From: Dehalococcoidia bacterium
GTDB taxonomy: Bacteria > Chloroflexota > Dehalococcoidia > Lucifugimonadales > UBA1123
DNA length: 64,000 nucleotides
Assembly (NCBI GenBank): GCA_963664365.1
Contig: OY761144.1
Location: 425,596-489,595, forward strand
Direction of reading: 5' to 3'
Positions 1 through 9,719 of the stretch are shown here, in pieces. How positions within the stretch are numbered: position 1 is the first letter of the stretch; each line of letters opens with the position of its first letter. The translations under genes were made by a program, and so were the position numbers. The notes beneath the pieces are model-generated. The model saw only the letters and a program-made list of their open reading frames with translations, made no database searches and was not told the origin of the DNA.

Positions 1-42
1 TATTCTAGCAACCGCATGGCGCGTGTAAAACCCCTCACCCGA

Positions 43-1824
43 CTAGAGCGCCCTCACGCGCTTCATCACGAATACCCTCAGAAACACGAGGAACAGAAAC
101 AGGAACGCCACGGTGAGCACGCTCAGCGCGGCCGCTTGGTCGGAGTCTATCCTGCGAAGATTATAGACCAGGGTGCTGATTACGAACGGCTCAGAGCCGG
201 CGGTCAGAACCTGCGCCAACGTGAACTCTCGGAACGCTATCAGGAACAGGATCAGCCACGCCCCGAATATGCTGGGCGCGACGAGTGGCAGCAGGACGCG
301 CCGGAACGTGGTGACTCTCCCCGCTCCGCTCGTCGCTGAGACTTCTTCCAACTCCCGCGCGATCTGCGTCACTCCCGCGTGCTGGAGACGGTACGCCAAC
401 GCCATGCGGAAGGCATAAGCCAGGATCAGCGTCACGATCGTGCCGTGCAGCGGGAGCCAGCTTGGGACTACGCGGTTGATCCAGAGATAGAAGATGAAGA
501 ACGCGAACGCGGCCACGACGGCTGGAATAGCCAGCGACGACGAGGTGAACAGGTCCACCGCGACCCTGAGCGCATTGGCCGACCGCGCGCGCGCCACCAT
601 CCACGCGGCAATCAGAGCGACCAGAACGGATATAGTCGGCGCGACGACCGCCACTATCGCCGTGTTCGTCACCGCGCCCAGGAAACGCTCGTTGCCGAAC
701 AACTCCGCGTATCCGTTCAGCGTGAACTTCTCGATAACGTCGAATCCGGGCGGAATGTACACGGGCAGCAGAGACGTGTACAACAGAATCGCGAACGGGG
801 TGAGAGAGATGAGCGCTACGAAGGCCATGACCGCGCCGAGGACCGGCCAGCGCCAACGTCCCAAGTCCAATCGGTGGGCGCGGAACCCCTTGCCGGTGAT
901 GGTGGCGAACTGTTCGGCGCGCGCGGTCAGGCGCGTGTACGCGAAGAACATAGCATACGTGAGCAGCATGAAGTGAAGGCCCATGGCCGCCACCGCGCCG
1001 TATAGCGGGTCTTCACCCGATCCTGTGGTAAGCAGTTCCCACACCCGCGTACTCAGAATGTCCGCCTTGGCGCCGGTGGACAGAATCAGCGGCACCTCGA
1101 ACGACTCGATGGTCAGGATGGTCGTGAGGATGACCGCGCCGAGCGCGGCCGGCCGGATCGCGGGGATCGTCACTCTGCGGACGGTCTGAAGGAAAGTGGC
1201 TCCCGAAGTCCTGCTGGCCTCTTCGAGAGCGGGGTCCATGCCGCGCAGCGCGGCGCTTATGAAGATGAACATCAGCGTCACGCTTCCGAATCCTTGAAGC
1301 GCGATCATGCCGTACATCGTCGTCAGGTTGAACGGCCCGGAAGTGATTTCGACACCCGGAATCCAGTTCAACGCAGTCCGAGCCACTATGTTGATGAGAC
1401 CCACTCTCTGTCCGAGCAGAAGCACCCAGCCGAGAGTCGTGACTATCGCGGGCATCATGAGGGGGAATAGGAGGAAGACGAACACAAGGTTCCTGCCGGG
1501 GAGGTTTGTCCTCTCGACCAGCCACGCCAACGCAAACCCGAGAACGAAAGCCAAGCCGACAGAGCCGAGCGTGTATATGCCCGTGTCTATCAGAGTGGAC
1601 CGGAGCGCGCGGCTGCCGGTGTAAACGTCGGCGAAGTTTGAGAGCCCCCAGAAGCTCGAACCTTCGAAGAACAGGTTCCCGGCGGGAGGCCGGAAAGCCT
1701 GGACTACCGTCATCACCACCGCGGGCGCGACCAGCCACACCGCAAGGGCCAGCGCTCCGAGGATCAGCAGCGCATCGCCCCGACGAAGCCATGAGAGCCG
1801 GCTTGCGAGATTCCGTGGCCCCAA
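43..1824 (-). CDS. ABC transporter permease, fused two-domain (iron(III)/thiamine-type, FbpB/ThiP-like)
   Basis: 593-aa strongly hydrophobic ORF with two tandem permease halves. TTG start lies 3 nt after the stop of the upstream binding-protein gene. Same-strand operon with the SBP and ATPase genes. Confidence 0.8.
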   Translation of the reverse strand: MGPRNLASRLSWLRRGDALLILGALALAVWLVAPAVVMTVVQAFRPPAGNLFFEGSSFWGLSNFADVYTGSRALRSTLIDTGIYTLGSVGLAFVLGFALAWLVERTNLPGRNLVFVFLLFPLMMPAIVTTLGWVLLLGQRVGLINIVARTALNWIPGVEITSGPFNLTTMYGMIALQGFGSVTLMFIFISAALRGMDPALEEASRTSGATFLQTVRRVTIPAIRPAALGAVILTTILTIESFEVPLILSTGAKADILSTRVWELLTTGSGEDPLYGAVAAMGLHFMLLTYAMFFAYTRLTARAEQFATITGKGFRAHRLDLGRWRWPVLGAVMAFVALISLTPFAILLYTSLLPVYIPPGFDVIEKFTLNGYAELFGNERFLGAVTNTAIVAVVAPTISVLVALIAAWMVARARSANALRVAVDLFTSSSLAIPAVVAAFAFFIFYLWINRVVPSWLPLHGTIVTLILAYAFRMALAYRLQHAGVTQIARELEEVSATSGAGRVTTFRRVLLPLVAPSIFGAWLILFLIAFREFTLAQVLTAGSEPFVISTLVYNLRRIDSDQAAALSVLTVAFLFLFLVFLRVFVMKRVRAL

Positions 1825-1827
1825 TGC

Positions 1828-3015
1828 CTATTCCGTTCCAAACACCCTGTCGGCGAAGTACCTGGCGTTGTCGCCCCTCTGCCTGAAGACGGGCACGCTC
1901 TCGAATACGAGGTCGATATCCTTGAAACTGCCTGTGGTCAGCCCCTCGGCGGCGTGGCCGTAAGCGGCCCAGCCCCTGCCGACCACTTCCCACATTATCT
2001 TCGACGCCTCTCGGCTCGTGTGCCAAGCCGCGAAGAGTCGGGCGGCATTGGGGTTCGGAGCGTTGCCGGCCACGGCGACGTTGAACATGTTTACGCCGAA
2101 TCCGGGATTCCAGAACTGGCCGATCACGCCGCTCTCCAAGAGCGCGGGCGGGTTTCCATAGCCCAAATACATCAGCGGCTTCTCGCCGGACAATATGAAG
2201 TCGTTGCAGTCGTCGGTCACCAGTAGATCGTTCTCTTCGATCATCCGCTTGTGGACGTCCACCATTTCGTCCTTGTCATAGTAGAAGGCGATGAAACCGT
2301 TTCCCGCGCGGAAGAGAAACGATGGCGCGCATACGAGGCCCTTGTACTTCGGATCCAGCCAGTCGTCGATCGTCTTGGGCAGGTCGGCCTCGTCGAACTC
2401 GTCTGTGCGATAGAAGTTGGTGTACTGGTCGTTGCCGACTCCGGCCGCGTTTCCTCCGACGCCCTCCTTGGCCTCCCAAGACCGGCGAGGATCGACTCCG
2501 AGCGACTCCCAGTCGAGCTCCGCGCCGAAGCCCTTGTCAACGTACTGGCCCATCTGGGTCATGGACATGAAGACGACGTCCGTCGGCGCCTCGCCCGCCT
2601 CCCGCTCGGCGGTCAGAGCGCCGACGATCTGGCCCGCGTCTATACCGCGCCCTTTACACTCGATGCCATACCGCGCAGTGAACGCCTCGCAGAGCGCGTC
2701 GGTATGGTCCACGCCGTAGGCGGTGAGGTGGACTTTCCCCTCCGCCTGCGCCATCGGAATGAGATCCTGGACTCCTTGGGCCGACTCGTCCCAGTCGGCG
2801 TCCAGACCCGCGTACATCGCGCCTTGCTGGAGGATGGAGTCTGTGGCGGGATCCGCGATGGGCGTCAGTCCTGCCGCTGACGCAGGAGGTGTAGTCGTGG
2901 ATGTCCCGGCCCCGGGATCGGAACCGTTCGAGCAGGCCGCAAGCAACATGAGCGCGACCGCCGACAGAACCGGCGCGAAAACCCCGGCGCAAAGTCCGAG
3001 TCTTGCCTTCGACAT
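1828..3015 (-). CDS. ABC transporter periplasmic/extracellular solute-binding lipoprotein (family 1)
   Basis: The internal ATG at 3015 is preceded by GGAGG. The N-terminus MSKARLGLCAGVFAPVLSAVALMLLAACS is a signal peptide with a lipobox, followed by a T/P/A-rich linker. The longer track ORF (to 3129) adds a non-signal extension. Confidence 0.75.
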   Translation of the reverse strand: MSKARLGLCAGVFAPVLSAVALMLLAACSNGSDPGAGTSTTTPPASAAGLTPIADPATDSILQQGAMYAGLDADWDESAQGVQDLIPMAQAEGKVHLTAYGVDHTDALCEAFTARYGIECKGRGIDAGQIVGALTAEREAGEAPTDVVFMSMTQMGQYVDKGFGAELDWESLGVDPRRSWEAKEGVGGNAAGVGNDQYTNFYRTDEFDEADLPKTIDDWLDPKYKGLVCAPSFLFRAGNGFIAFYYDKDEMVDVHKRMIEENDLLVTDDCNDFILSGEKPLMYLGYGNPPALLESGVIGQFWNPGFGVNMFNVAVAGNAPNPNAARLFAAWHTSREASKIMWEVVGRGWAAYGHAAEGLTTGSFKDIDLVFESVPVFRQRGDNARYFADRVFGTE

Positions 3016-3128
3016 TTGGGCCTCCGTGAGTATCGCCAGTCCCGGTAAACGCCTCAACTGTGCCAGTGGACGGGACACTCCCATGCCGTCGCCGCCGGCG
3101 CGCCCTTGCAACTGCCGAATACTAGCCA

Positions 3129-4244
3129 TCAGCCCGTCGGGGTGTCAACAGATTCCTGAGCGATGACAACGCAGCTATCCGTTGGGACGTGGACGTACGC
3201 GCCGTCGCCGCGCTCGAATGTCTCAGCCGTCGGAGGCATCCTTACCATGAGGTCCTGATCGGACACGCGAACTCTGTACTCCATGTAACTGCCCAGAAAC
3301 GCGGCGGTCTCGACGACGCACGGCATCGCGTCCGGACCTTTCGGGCTCTCGCGGCTCAGGACGATCCCCTCTGGCCGGATTGCCACAAGCGCGTCCGACC
3401 CTATCGCGCAGTCCTTGACCGCCGCGCTGACCAGCAGGCCGAATCCCAACCGAACGCTCGCCGCGCCGCGCTCGCCCGCCTCCACGACGCCCCGGACCAC
3501 GTTCCCCGCTCCGGTGAAGTCGGCCACGAACCGTCCCTCCGGCCGAGAGTACACCTCGCGCGGAGCGCCGGTCTGAGCGATCCGTCCGCCGTTCATCACA
3601 ATCACCCTGTCGGACAGCGCCAGCGCCTCGGGCAGGTCGTGGGTCACGTATAACGCGGAGATGCCCGCGGCTGAGAATAGGTCTCTGAACTCCAGGCGCA
3701 TCTCCTCCCTGAGCCTCGCGTCGAGGTTGCTCAGCGGCTCGTCCAGAAGCAGCAGTTTCGGCTCCCTGACCAGCGCGCGCGCCACCGCGACCCGCTGCTG
3801 CTGACCGCCGCTGAGCGTCGTCGCGCCGCGGTCTCTAAGCTCAGGTATCTTGCACATCTCCAGGGCGCCGCCAACCCTCTCCTCGATGTCAGACTTGGAG
3901 TACCTGGCCCTCGACACTCTCAACGGGTAGGCCACGTTCTCGAACACGGTCATGTGGGGCCAGACGGCGTATGACTGGAAGACCATCGAGATCGGCCTGT
4001 TGTGCGTCGCCACGTTCGAATTGTCGGACAGTGAAAATACCGGGGAGCCGTCTATCGCTATCCGGCCGGCGTCGGGACGTTCGAGTCCGGCGACGCAGCG
4101 AAGCAGGGTCGTCTTGCCGCATCCGCTGGGACCCAACAGCGTGACCACCTCTCCCTCGTCAACCGACAGGCTGACGTCGTCGATGGCCTTGACATCGCCT
4201 TGCTCAGAGCTGAACGTCTTGACGAGGTTTTCGACTTTCAGCAT
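3129..4244 (-). CDS. ABC transporter ATP-binding protein (FbpC/PotA-like with C-terminal TOBE-like domain)
   Basis: Walker A GPSGCGKTT, signature LSGGQQQRVAVARAL and Walker B LLLLDEP are present. The start is most likely MLKVENLVKTF at 4244, with 4265 as an alternative. The track ORF start at 4433 is a long non-homologous extension. Confidence 0.85.
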   Translation of the reverse strand: MLKVENLVKTFSSEQGDVKAIDDVSLSVDEGEVVTLLGPSGCGKTTLLRCVAGLERPDAGRIAIDGSPVFSLSDNSNVATHNRPISMVFQSYAVWPHMTVFENVAYPLRVSRARYSKSDIEERVGGALEMCKIPELRDRGATTLSGGQQQRVAVARALVREPKLLLLDEPLSNLDARLREEMRLEFRDLFSAAGISALYVTHDLPEALALSDRVIVMNGGRIAQTGAPREVYSRPEGRFVADFTGAGNVVRGVVEAGERGAASVRLGFGLLVSAAVKDCAIGSDALVAIRPEGIVLSRESPKGPDAMPCVVETAAFLGSYMEYRVRVSDQDLMVRMPPTAETFERGDGAYVHVPTDSCVVIAQESVDTPTG

Positions 4245-4576
4245 ATTTCGGCCTGTGAATCGCATGGTGATTCCAATGTTACGCAGAGCGGCGGCGGACG
4301 GGCAACATTGGGCGGCAATTCGGCTAGGCGGTGGACATGGGCCTGAACGCGCCATTGTTGAACCTACTTTCCTCTGATATACTAAACCCCGTTTCGGAGC
4401 CTGGGGCAGCAAACGGACTACTAGGCAGTCCATTCTGCCGGTTTCCCAACCTCGGCTGTGGCACGGCCTATGTGCATGTGGCTGCCTAGGCGCCGAACCG
4501 CCGGATACGGGAATCAGGGTTCATCCATGCGCTGACCCAAAAGTTTGAACGAGGCAAAAAGAAAGGAGGTGGGCTA

Positions 4577-5446
4577 TTGAAGTGGATTGATTACGAGGCC
4601 CCCAACTCTGTACGGGAAGCTATCGACCTGCTGAACAAGGCCGGAGACAAGGCGAGGCCCCTGGCGGGCGGAACCGACCTGCTGGTCCAGTTGAGGGCGA
4701 GAGCATACGACCTGGATACCGTGGTGGACGTCAAGAACATACCCGAGCTCAACGAGCTCACGTATGACCCCGACAACGGCCTGACCATCGGCGCCGCGAC
4801 ACCGTGTTACCTCATATACAACAACGCTGACATCCGCTCCGTCTATCCGGGGATCGTGGACGCCGCCAGCATCATCGGCGGGACGCAGATACAGGGCCGC
4901 GCATCGCTGGGCGGCAACCTGTGCAACGCCGCTCCAAGCGCGGACTCGGTCCCGGCGATGATCGCCTACAACGGCGTCGCCCGGATCGCCGGGCCAAACG
5001 GAGAGAGGGATGTCCCAATCGAAGACTTCTGCACCTTCGTCCGGCAGACCGTCCTGGAGCGTGGAGAGTTGCTCGTTTCGCTGCGCTTCCCCGCGCCCGA
5101 GGCCAACTCCGGAGCCAACTACATCCGGTTCATCCCCAGAAACGAGATGGACATAGCCGTGGCCGGGGCCGGCGTATCGGTCGTGCTGGACAACGGAGAC
5201 ATCAAGTCGTCAAGGATCACGCTTGCCTCTGTCGCTCCGACGCCGCTGTTCGTCCAAGAGGCCGCCGACGCCATAGCCGGCAAGCCCGCCAACGAGGAAA
5301 CCGCCCGAATCGCGTCCGGGATAGCCCGCGACGCCGCGAAGCCAATTACCGACATGCGCGGCACCATCGAGTACCGCAAGCATCTCTGCGAGGTGCTCAC
5401 CCGCCGCGCGCTGCTGACCGCAATCGAACGAGCCAAGGAGAGCTAG
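4577..5446 (+). CDS. Molybdenum hydroxylase FAD-binding medium subunit (CoxM/CutM/XdhB-like)
   Basis: TTG start preceded by AAAGGAGG. Carries the FAD-binding motif RPLAGGTDLLVQLR. 289 aa. It is the first gene of an M-S-L operon. Confidence 0.85.
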   Translation: MKWIDYEAPNSVREAIDLLNKAGDKARPLAGGTDLLVQLRARAYDLDTVVDVKNIPELNELTYDPDNGLTIGAATPCYLIYNNADIRSVYPGIVDAASIIGGTQIQGRASLGGNLCNAAPSADSVPAMIAYNGVARIAGPNGERDVPIEDFCTFVRQTVLERGELLVSLRFPAPEANSGANYIRFIPRNEMDIAVAGAGVSVVLDNGDIKSSRITLASVAPTPLFVQEAADAIAGKPANEETARIASGIARDAAKPITDMRGTIEYRKHLCEVLTRRALLTAIERAKES

Positions 5447-5448
5447 AA

Positions 5449-5928
5449 GTGCCCGCTAAGACCTACGTACAGACCACAATCAACGGCGAGCATGTGGATT
5501 TCCTCTGCGAGCCTCGCCAGAGCCTGCTCGAAGCGCTGCGGGACGTCATCGGACTCACAGGCACCAAGGAGGGCTGCAACGACGGCAACTGCGGCGCCTG
5601 CACGGTCGAGTTCGACGGCCGCATCGTTACCGCCTGCCTCGTTCTCGGCGTCGAAGCCGAGGGCAAGGAGATCTCGACGATCGAGGGCGTAGCCGAGGGA
5701 AGTTCGCTGCATCCTGTCCAGGAGGCTTTCCTAGAGAACGCCGCGCTCCAGTGCGGAATCTGCACGCCCGGCTTCATCGTCGCTTCCAAGGCGCTGCTCG
5801 AGCAGAACCCGGATCCGTCAGAGCACGAAATCCGATTCTGGCTCGCCAACAACCTCTGCCGGTGTACCGGATACGACAAGATAGTCCGCGCCGTCCAGGA
5901 CGCGGCGGTGAAGATGCAGGAGGCTTAA
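5449..5928 (+). CDS. Molybdenum hydroxylase [2Fe-2S] small subunit (CoxS-like)
   Basis: GTG start 2 nt after the previous stop. Plant-type cluster CNDGNCGACTV and a second cluster CGICTPG...CRCTGY. The upstream part of track ORF 4921-5928 is an out-of-frame read of the previous gene. Confidence 0.85.
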   Translation: MPAKTYVQTTINGEHVDFLCEPRQSLLEALRDVIGLTGTKEGCNDGNCGACTVEFDGRIVTACLVLGVEAEGKEISTIEGVAEGSSLHPVQEAFLENAALQCGICTPGFIVASKALLEQNPDPSEHEIRFWLANNLCRCTGYDKIVRAVQDAAVKMQEA

Positions 5929-5930
5929 CC

Positions 5931-8225
5931 ATGACCACCACCGTTGACTACGAACGAAACATGGTGCTGGCCACCAAGACCTACGACGTGGTTGGCACTC
6001 GCCCCATCCGCCACGATGGGACCGACAAGGTCACAGGCCGCGCGCTCTACGGAGCCGACTACGACACCGCCGGACTCCTTCACGGCCACGTCGTCCGAAG
6101 CCCGCACGCCCACGCCAACATCAGGAACATAGATACCTCGAAGGCCGAGGCGCTCGATGGAGTCCTAGCCGTCGTGACCCATGCCGACTTCACCGGCGAT
6201 TCCGAAGGCATGGTTGACATGGGCGAAGGCGCGCCGACCAGCCTCAAATGGCTGCGCGACAACGTTCTGGCTTCCGACAAGGCCCTGTACAGGGGCCACG
6301 CCATAGCCGGCGTCGCCGCCGTCAACCCACACGTCGCCGAAGAAGCCGCCAGGCTGATCGAGGTGGACTACGAAGTCCTGCCTCCGGTCGTGACCGTGGA
6401 GGAGGCGATGGCCGACGGCGCGCCGCTGCTCCATGACGACCTCAAGACGATGGAGCTTGGAGAGGCGACCGACAACGCAAGCAACGTCGCCGACCACTTC
6501 CAGCACAAGAAGGGCGACGCCGACGCCGGATTCGCCGAGGCGGACGTCATCGTCGAGCGCGAGTACCGCGCCAAGACCGTCCACCAGGGCTACATCGAGC
6601 CGCACAACGCCACCGCCTTCTGGAACGCCGACGGCAGAGTCCACGTTTGGTGCAGCACGCAGGGCGCCTTCGCCGTCCGCGACGCCATGGCCCAGCTTCT
6701 GGATCTGCCCGTATCCAACATCAAGGTCACGCCCATGGAGATCGGCGGCGGCTTCGGCGGGAAGATCCCCATCTATCTGGAGCCCGTCGCCGCGCTTCTG
6801 TCCAGGAAGTCCGGCCGCGCCGTCAAGCTCCTCATGAGCAGGGCGGACGTCTTCGAGGCGTCCGGTCCCACATGCGGGTCTTGGAGCCGAGTGAAGATCG
6901 GCGCGAAGAACGACGGCACGATCACCGCCGCCGAGGTCGAGCTTGCCTTCGAGGCGGGCGCATACCCCGGCTCGCCCGTTGCCGCCGGCGCGCAGTGCGC
7001 CTTGGCGGCATACGACATCGAGAACGGAACGGTGGACGGATATGACGTGGTCGTCAACAAGCCCAAGACTGCCGCCTACCGCGCTCCGGGCGCTCCCAAC
7101 GCCGCCTTCGCCGTCGAGCAGGCGGTTGACGAGCTCGCCCAGAAACTGGGCATGGACCCCATCGAACTCCGCCTCAAGAACGCCGCCAAAGAGGGAACCC
7201 GCCGCGTTGACGGCCCAGTCTTCAACAGGGTCGGACTCGTCGAAACCCTCGAAGCCATGCGTGACCATCCCCATTACAGCGCTCCCCTGGGCGAGAACCA
7301 GGGACGCGGCGTCGCCGTCGGCTTCTGGTTCAACATCGGCTTCGACTCCGCCGTCGATCTCGCCCTAAACGACGACGGCACCGTCAACCTCACCGAAGGC
7401 TCAACCGACATCGGCGGCTCCCGCGCATCCATCGCCATGCAGGCCGCTGAAGTCCTCGGCATTCCGGCCGAGGATGTTCACCCTTCCGTCGTGGACACCG
7501 ACTCCGTTGGCTACACCTTCCTGACCGGCGGCAGCCGCACCACCTTCTCCACCGGCTGGGCAGCCTACGAAGCCGCCCAGTCGCTCAAGAGCAAGATGAT
7601 AGAGCGCGCCGCGACGATCTGGGAAGTCGATGCCGACTCCGTCCAGATGGAAAAGGGCGTCATCAGTTCCACGTCCGACCCCGAGCTCAGCATGACCTTC
7701 AATGAGCTTGCGGGGCAGCTTGGCGGCACGGGCGGCCGTCTTTCCGCCACCGCATCCGGCAACTACCAGGGCTGGGGAGGCTCCTTCGCCGGCAACATCG
7801 TCGACGTCGAGGTCGATCCCGAAACCGGCAAGACGGACGTCGTCCGCTTCACCGCCGTCCAGGACGTCGGCAAGGCCATCCACCCCTCATACGTCGAGGG
7901 TCAGATGCAGGGCGGCTCGGTGCAGGGCATCGGCTGGGCGCTGAACGAGGAGTACTACATGAACGTTGACGGCGGCATGGACAACTCCACGCTGCTCGAC
8001 TACCGAATGCCCACCAGCCTCGACCTTCCGATGATCGACACGGTCATCGTCGAGGTCGCAAACCCGGGACACCCCTTCGGCGTCCGAGGCGTGGGCGAGG
8101 CCAACATCGTTCCTCCGACTCCGGCCATAGCCAACGCCATCCAGAGCGCCACCGGCACGAGGCTCTTCGACACGCCGATGAACTCCGTCGCCATAACGGC
8201 GGCCAGGTCGTCGAACGGGGCTTAG
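5931..8225 (+). CDS. Molybdopterin-binding large subunit of a xanthine dehydrogenase-family hydroxylase (CoxL-like, not canonical CODH)
   Basis: ATG at 5931 lies 2 nt after the coxS-like stop. 764 aa. The active-site loop reads AAYRAPGAP rather than the form-I CODH signature AYXCSFR. Confidence 0.85.
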   Translation: MTTTVDYERNMVLATKTYDVVGTRPIRHDGTDKVTGRALYGADYDTAGLLHGHVVRSPHAHANIRNIDTSKAEALDGVLAVVTHADFTGDSEGMVDMGEGAPTSLKWLRDNVLASDKALYRGHAIAGVAAVNPHVAEEAARLIEVDYEVLPPVVTVEEAMADGAPLLHDDLKTMELGEATDNASNVADHFQHKKGDADAGFAEADVIVEREYRAKTVHQGYIEPHNATAFWNADGRVHVWCSTQGAFAVRDAMAQLLDLPVSNIKVTPMEIGGGFGGKIPIYLEPVAALLSRKSGRAVKLLMSRADVFEASGPTCGSWSRVKIGAKNDGTITAAEVELAFEAGAYPGSPVAAGAQCALAAYDIENGTVDGYDVVVNKPKTAAYRAPGAPNAAFAVEQAVDELAQKLGMDPIELRLKNAAKEGTRRVDGPVFNRVGLVETLEAMRDHPHYSAPLGENQGRGVAVGFWFNIGFDSAVDLALNDDGTVNLTEGSTDIGGSRASIAMQAAEVLGIPAEDVHPSVVDTDSVGYTFLTGGSRTTFSTGWAAYEAAQSLKSKMIERAATIWEVDADSVQMEKGVISSTSDPELSMTFNELAGQLGGTGGRLSATASGNYQGWGGSFAGNIVDVEVDPETGKTDVVRFTAVQDVGKAIHPSYVEGQMQGGSVQGIGWALNEEYYMNVDGGMDNSTLLDYRMPTSLDLPMIDTVIVEVANPGHPFGVRGVGEANIVPPTPAIANAIQSATGTRLFDTPMNSVAITAARSSNGA

Positions 8226-8264
8226 TATCTCGCCTCCAGCGAGGGCGACACAAGCATGAAAGCG

Positions 8265-8290
8265 CGGGGCGGGTCTTGAGGCCCGCCCCG
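8265..8290 (+). terminator. GC-rich hairpin downstream of the coxL-like gene (no U-tract)
   Basis: CGGGGCGGG-tcttgagg-CCCGCCCCG, 40 nt after the stop. No T-run follows, so intrinsic-terminator function is uncertain. Confidence 0.3.
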
Positions 8291-8343
8291 TGTGCGACAG
8301 TCGAAGCGCAAATCAGGGCATCCACTCTTCCAGGAGTTGACAG

Positions 8344-8610
8344 GTGATAGCGAAAGTACCCTTAATCCTCGACCCCCAGCCGGAAGGCGGATACACAGTA
8401 ACATCCCCCCTACTGCGCGGATTGGTAACTGAGGGCGACACAATCGCCGAAGCGCTTTTCAATGCTCAGGACGCCTTCCAGGCGATCGTCGAGATGCACG
8501 AGCATTTCAACGAGCCTCTGCCTCCCGATCTCTTCATCGAGCACAACGATGGGGAGCCTCTCCAAGCGGAAATACTGGCTCCGCTTGCGCTTCCTGTTGC
8601 TGTATCGTGA
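8344..8610 (+). CDS. HicB-like (UPF0150) antitoxin-family protein with no adjacent HicA
   Basis: 88 aa with a GTG start. The pattern PLILDPQPEGGYTVTSPLLRGLVTEGDTIAEALFNAQDAFQ is typical of the HicB N-terminal domain. Local sequence is AT-richer than the flanks. Confidence 0.55.
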   Translation: MIAKVPLILDPQPEGGYTVTSPLLRGLVTEGDTIAEALFNAQDAFQAIVEMHEHFNEPLPPDLFIEHNDGEPLQAEILAPLALPVAVS

Positions 8611-8649
8611 GATACAGAGAAGGGGGCAAATTCGAGGATAGGAGTACAA

Positions 8650-9411
8650 ATGGCTGTTTTTCCTCCTACGCGGATGGATGATGATTTGGTCAGAGAGCTA
8701 GAGGCTTTCCTCTCTGACAACGACTTTCCATCTCTCTACAAATCGTATAGCTGGAGAAACGATACTCACAGCGCTGGCTTTCCTGACATACATCGCTTGG
8801 AAGAGCAGATTGGTAGCCATGCAAAGGTCAGTCGTGTCACACTTGATGACATTGTAGGTATAGTATGCTGGGGAGGATCCAACAGTCCGATAACAATTAG
8901 GTGCCCTGACTCACTCGTGAAATTCAACACCATGTTCAGGACAATTGTACCGCCTGACAATAGACGCGTCTCGGATGACCCCCACCTCATGGCAATGCTC
9001 TTGGATAAAGCCGTTTCCGGTATAGGGCCTACCAACGTCAGCAAAGTTCTCCGCTTCGCAATACCTGAGAAGTACGGGGCCGTAGATTCAAGGTGTGTCC
9101 GAGTGTTCGGACTAGGGGATCCGGCCGCCAACGCACATGACTGGATTAAACTGCAGGCTAGAGAGGACACTCCGAACCGTTGGAACATCCAACAGCACAA
9201 GTGGGCCGAAAAATACATACTTTGGATAGACATTTTGGGTCGCCTTGCGCAAAGCCTCAACGAAGACAGGGTAAGGTGCCCTCACCCTGAGAGGTTCGTA
9301 AAGGCTGGCCTGAGAAAGCGAGGCTCTTGGACATGCGCCGATGTCGAGATGGCACTGTTTGCCTATGCGAGTGAAGTGATCGAGTCTAATGGGTGTCTGT
9401 CAATCAGATGA
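8650..9411 (+). CDS. Hypothetical protein, possibly an OGG-fold (8-oxoguanine glycosylase-like fold) accessory protein
   Basis: 253 aa in an AT-richer region. The segment GIGPTNVSKVLRFAIPEKYGAVDSRCVRVFG and the C-terminal TCADVEMALFAY resemble, from memory, the GVG..AS.iL.f..P..y.i.D.R and R.LD.ALW motifs of standalone OGG-fold proteins. Its stop overlaps the next start (ATGA). Confidence 0.35.
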   Translation: MAVFPPTRMDDDLVRELEAFLSDNDFPSLYKSYSWRNDTHSAGFPDIHRLEEQIGSHAKVSRVTLDDIVGIVCWGGSNSPITIRCPDSLVKFNTMFRTIVPPDNRRVSDDPHLMAMLLDKAVSGIGPTNVSKVLRFAIPEKYGAVDSRCVRVFGLGDPAANAHDWIKLQAREDTPNRWNIQQHKWAEKYILWIDILGRLAQSLNEDRVRCPHPERFVKAGLRKRGSWTCADVEMALFAYASEVIESNGCLSIR

Positions 9412-9719
9412 ATGGGCTTGAGGTTCGACGAACCGATGTCTATACACGCTGGTTCAGAGGTCTTCGGGATACGAAAGCGCGCAGGCGCATCAATGCTCGC
9501 ATCCGACGGCTGACAATTGGAAATCCGGGGGACGTGAGGCCAGTAGGTGAAGGTGTTTCAGAGCTCCGTATCGACTACGGTCCCGGCTACCGTGTGTACT
9601 TCATCAGACGGGGCCGATTTCTAATTATTCTGTTGGCAGGAGGCGACAAGGACAGCCAGAATCGTGACATCCGAAGGGCTCTGGAATTGGCGCGTGACAT
9701 GAGGAAGGAGCAACCATGA
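9408..9719 (+). CDS. RelE/ParE-superfamily toxin (addiction module killer protein type)
   Basis: The sequence RWFRGLRDTKARRRINARIRRLTIGNPGDVRPVGEGVSELRIDYGPGYRVYF...LLAGGDKDSQNRDI matches the killer-protein family pattern. ATGA overlaps occur at both ends. Confidence 0.75.
   Translation: MNGLEVRRTDVYTRWFRGLRDTKARRRINARIRRLTIGNPGDVRPVGEGVSELRIDYGPGYRVYFIRRGRFLIILLAGGDKDSQNRDIRRALELARDMRKEQP

Noticed and set aside
16-1005. Several plus-strand ORFs (16-339, 379-1005, 494-976) at the window start
   Set aside because: All are antisense or alternate frames of the ABC permease gene, and their translations are Arg/Glu-rich with low complexity.
8226-8343. A HicA toxin expected next to the HicB-like gene at 8344-8610
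   Set aside because: There is no ORF of suitable size or pattern on either side. The neighbouring gene is the 253-aa OGG-fold-like protein.
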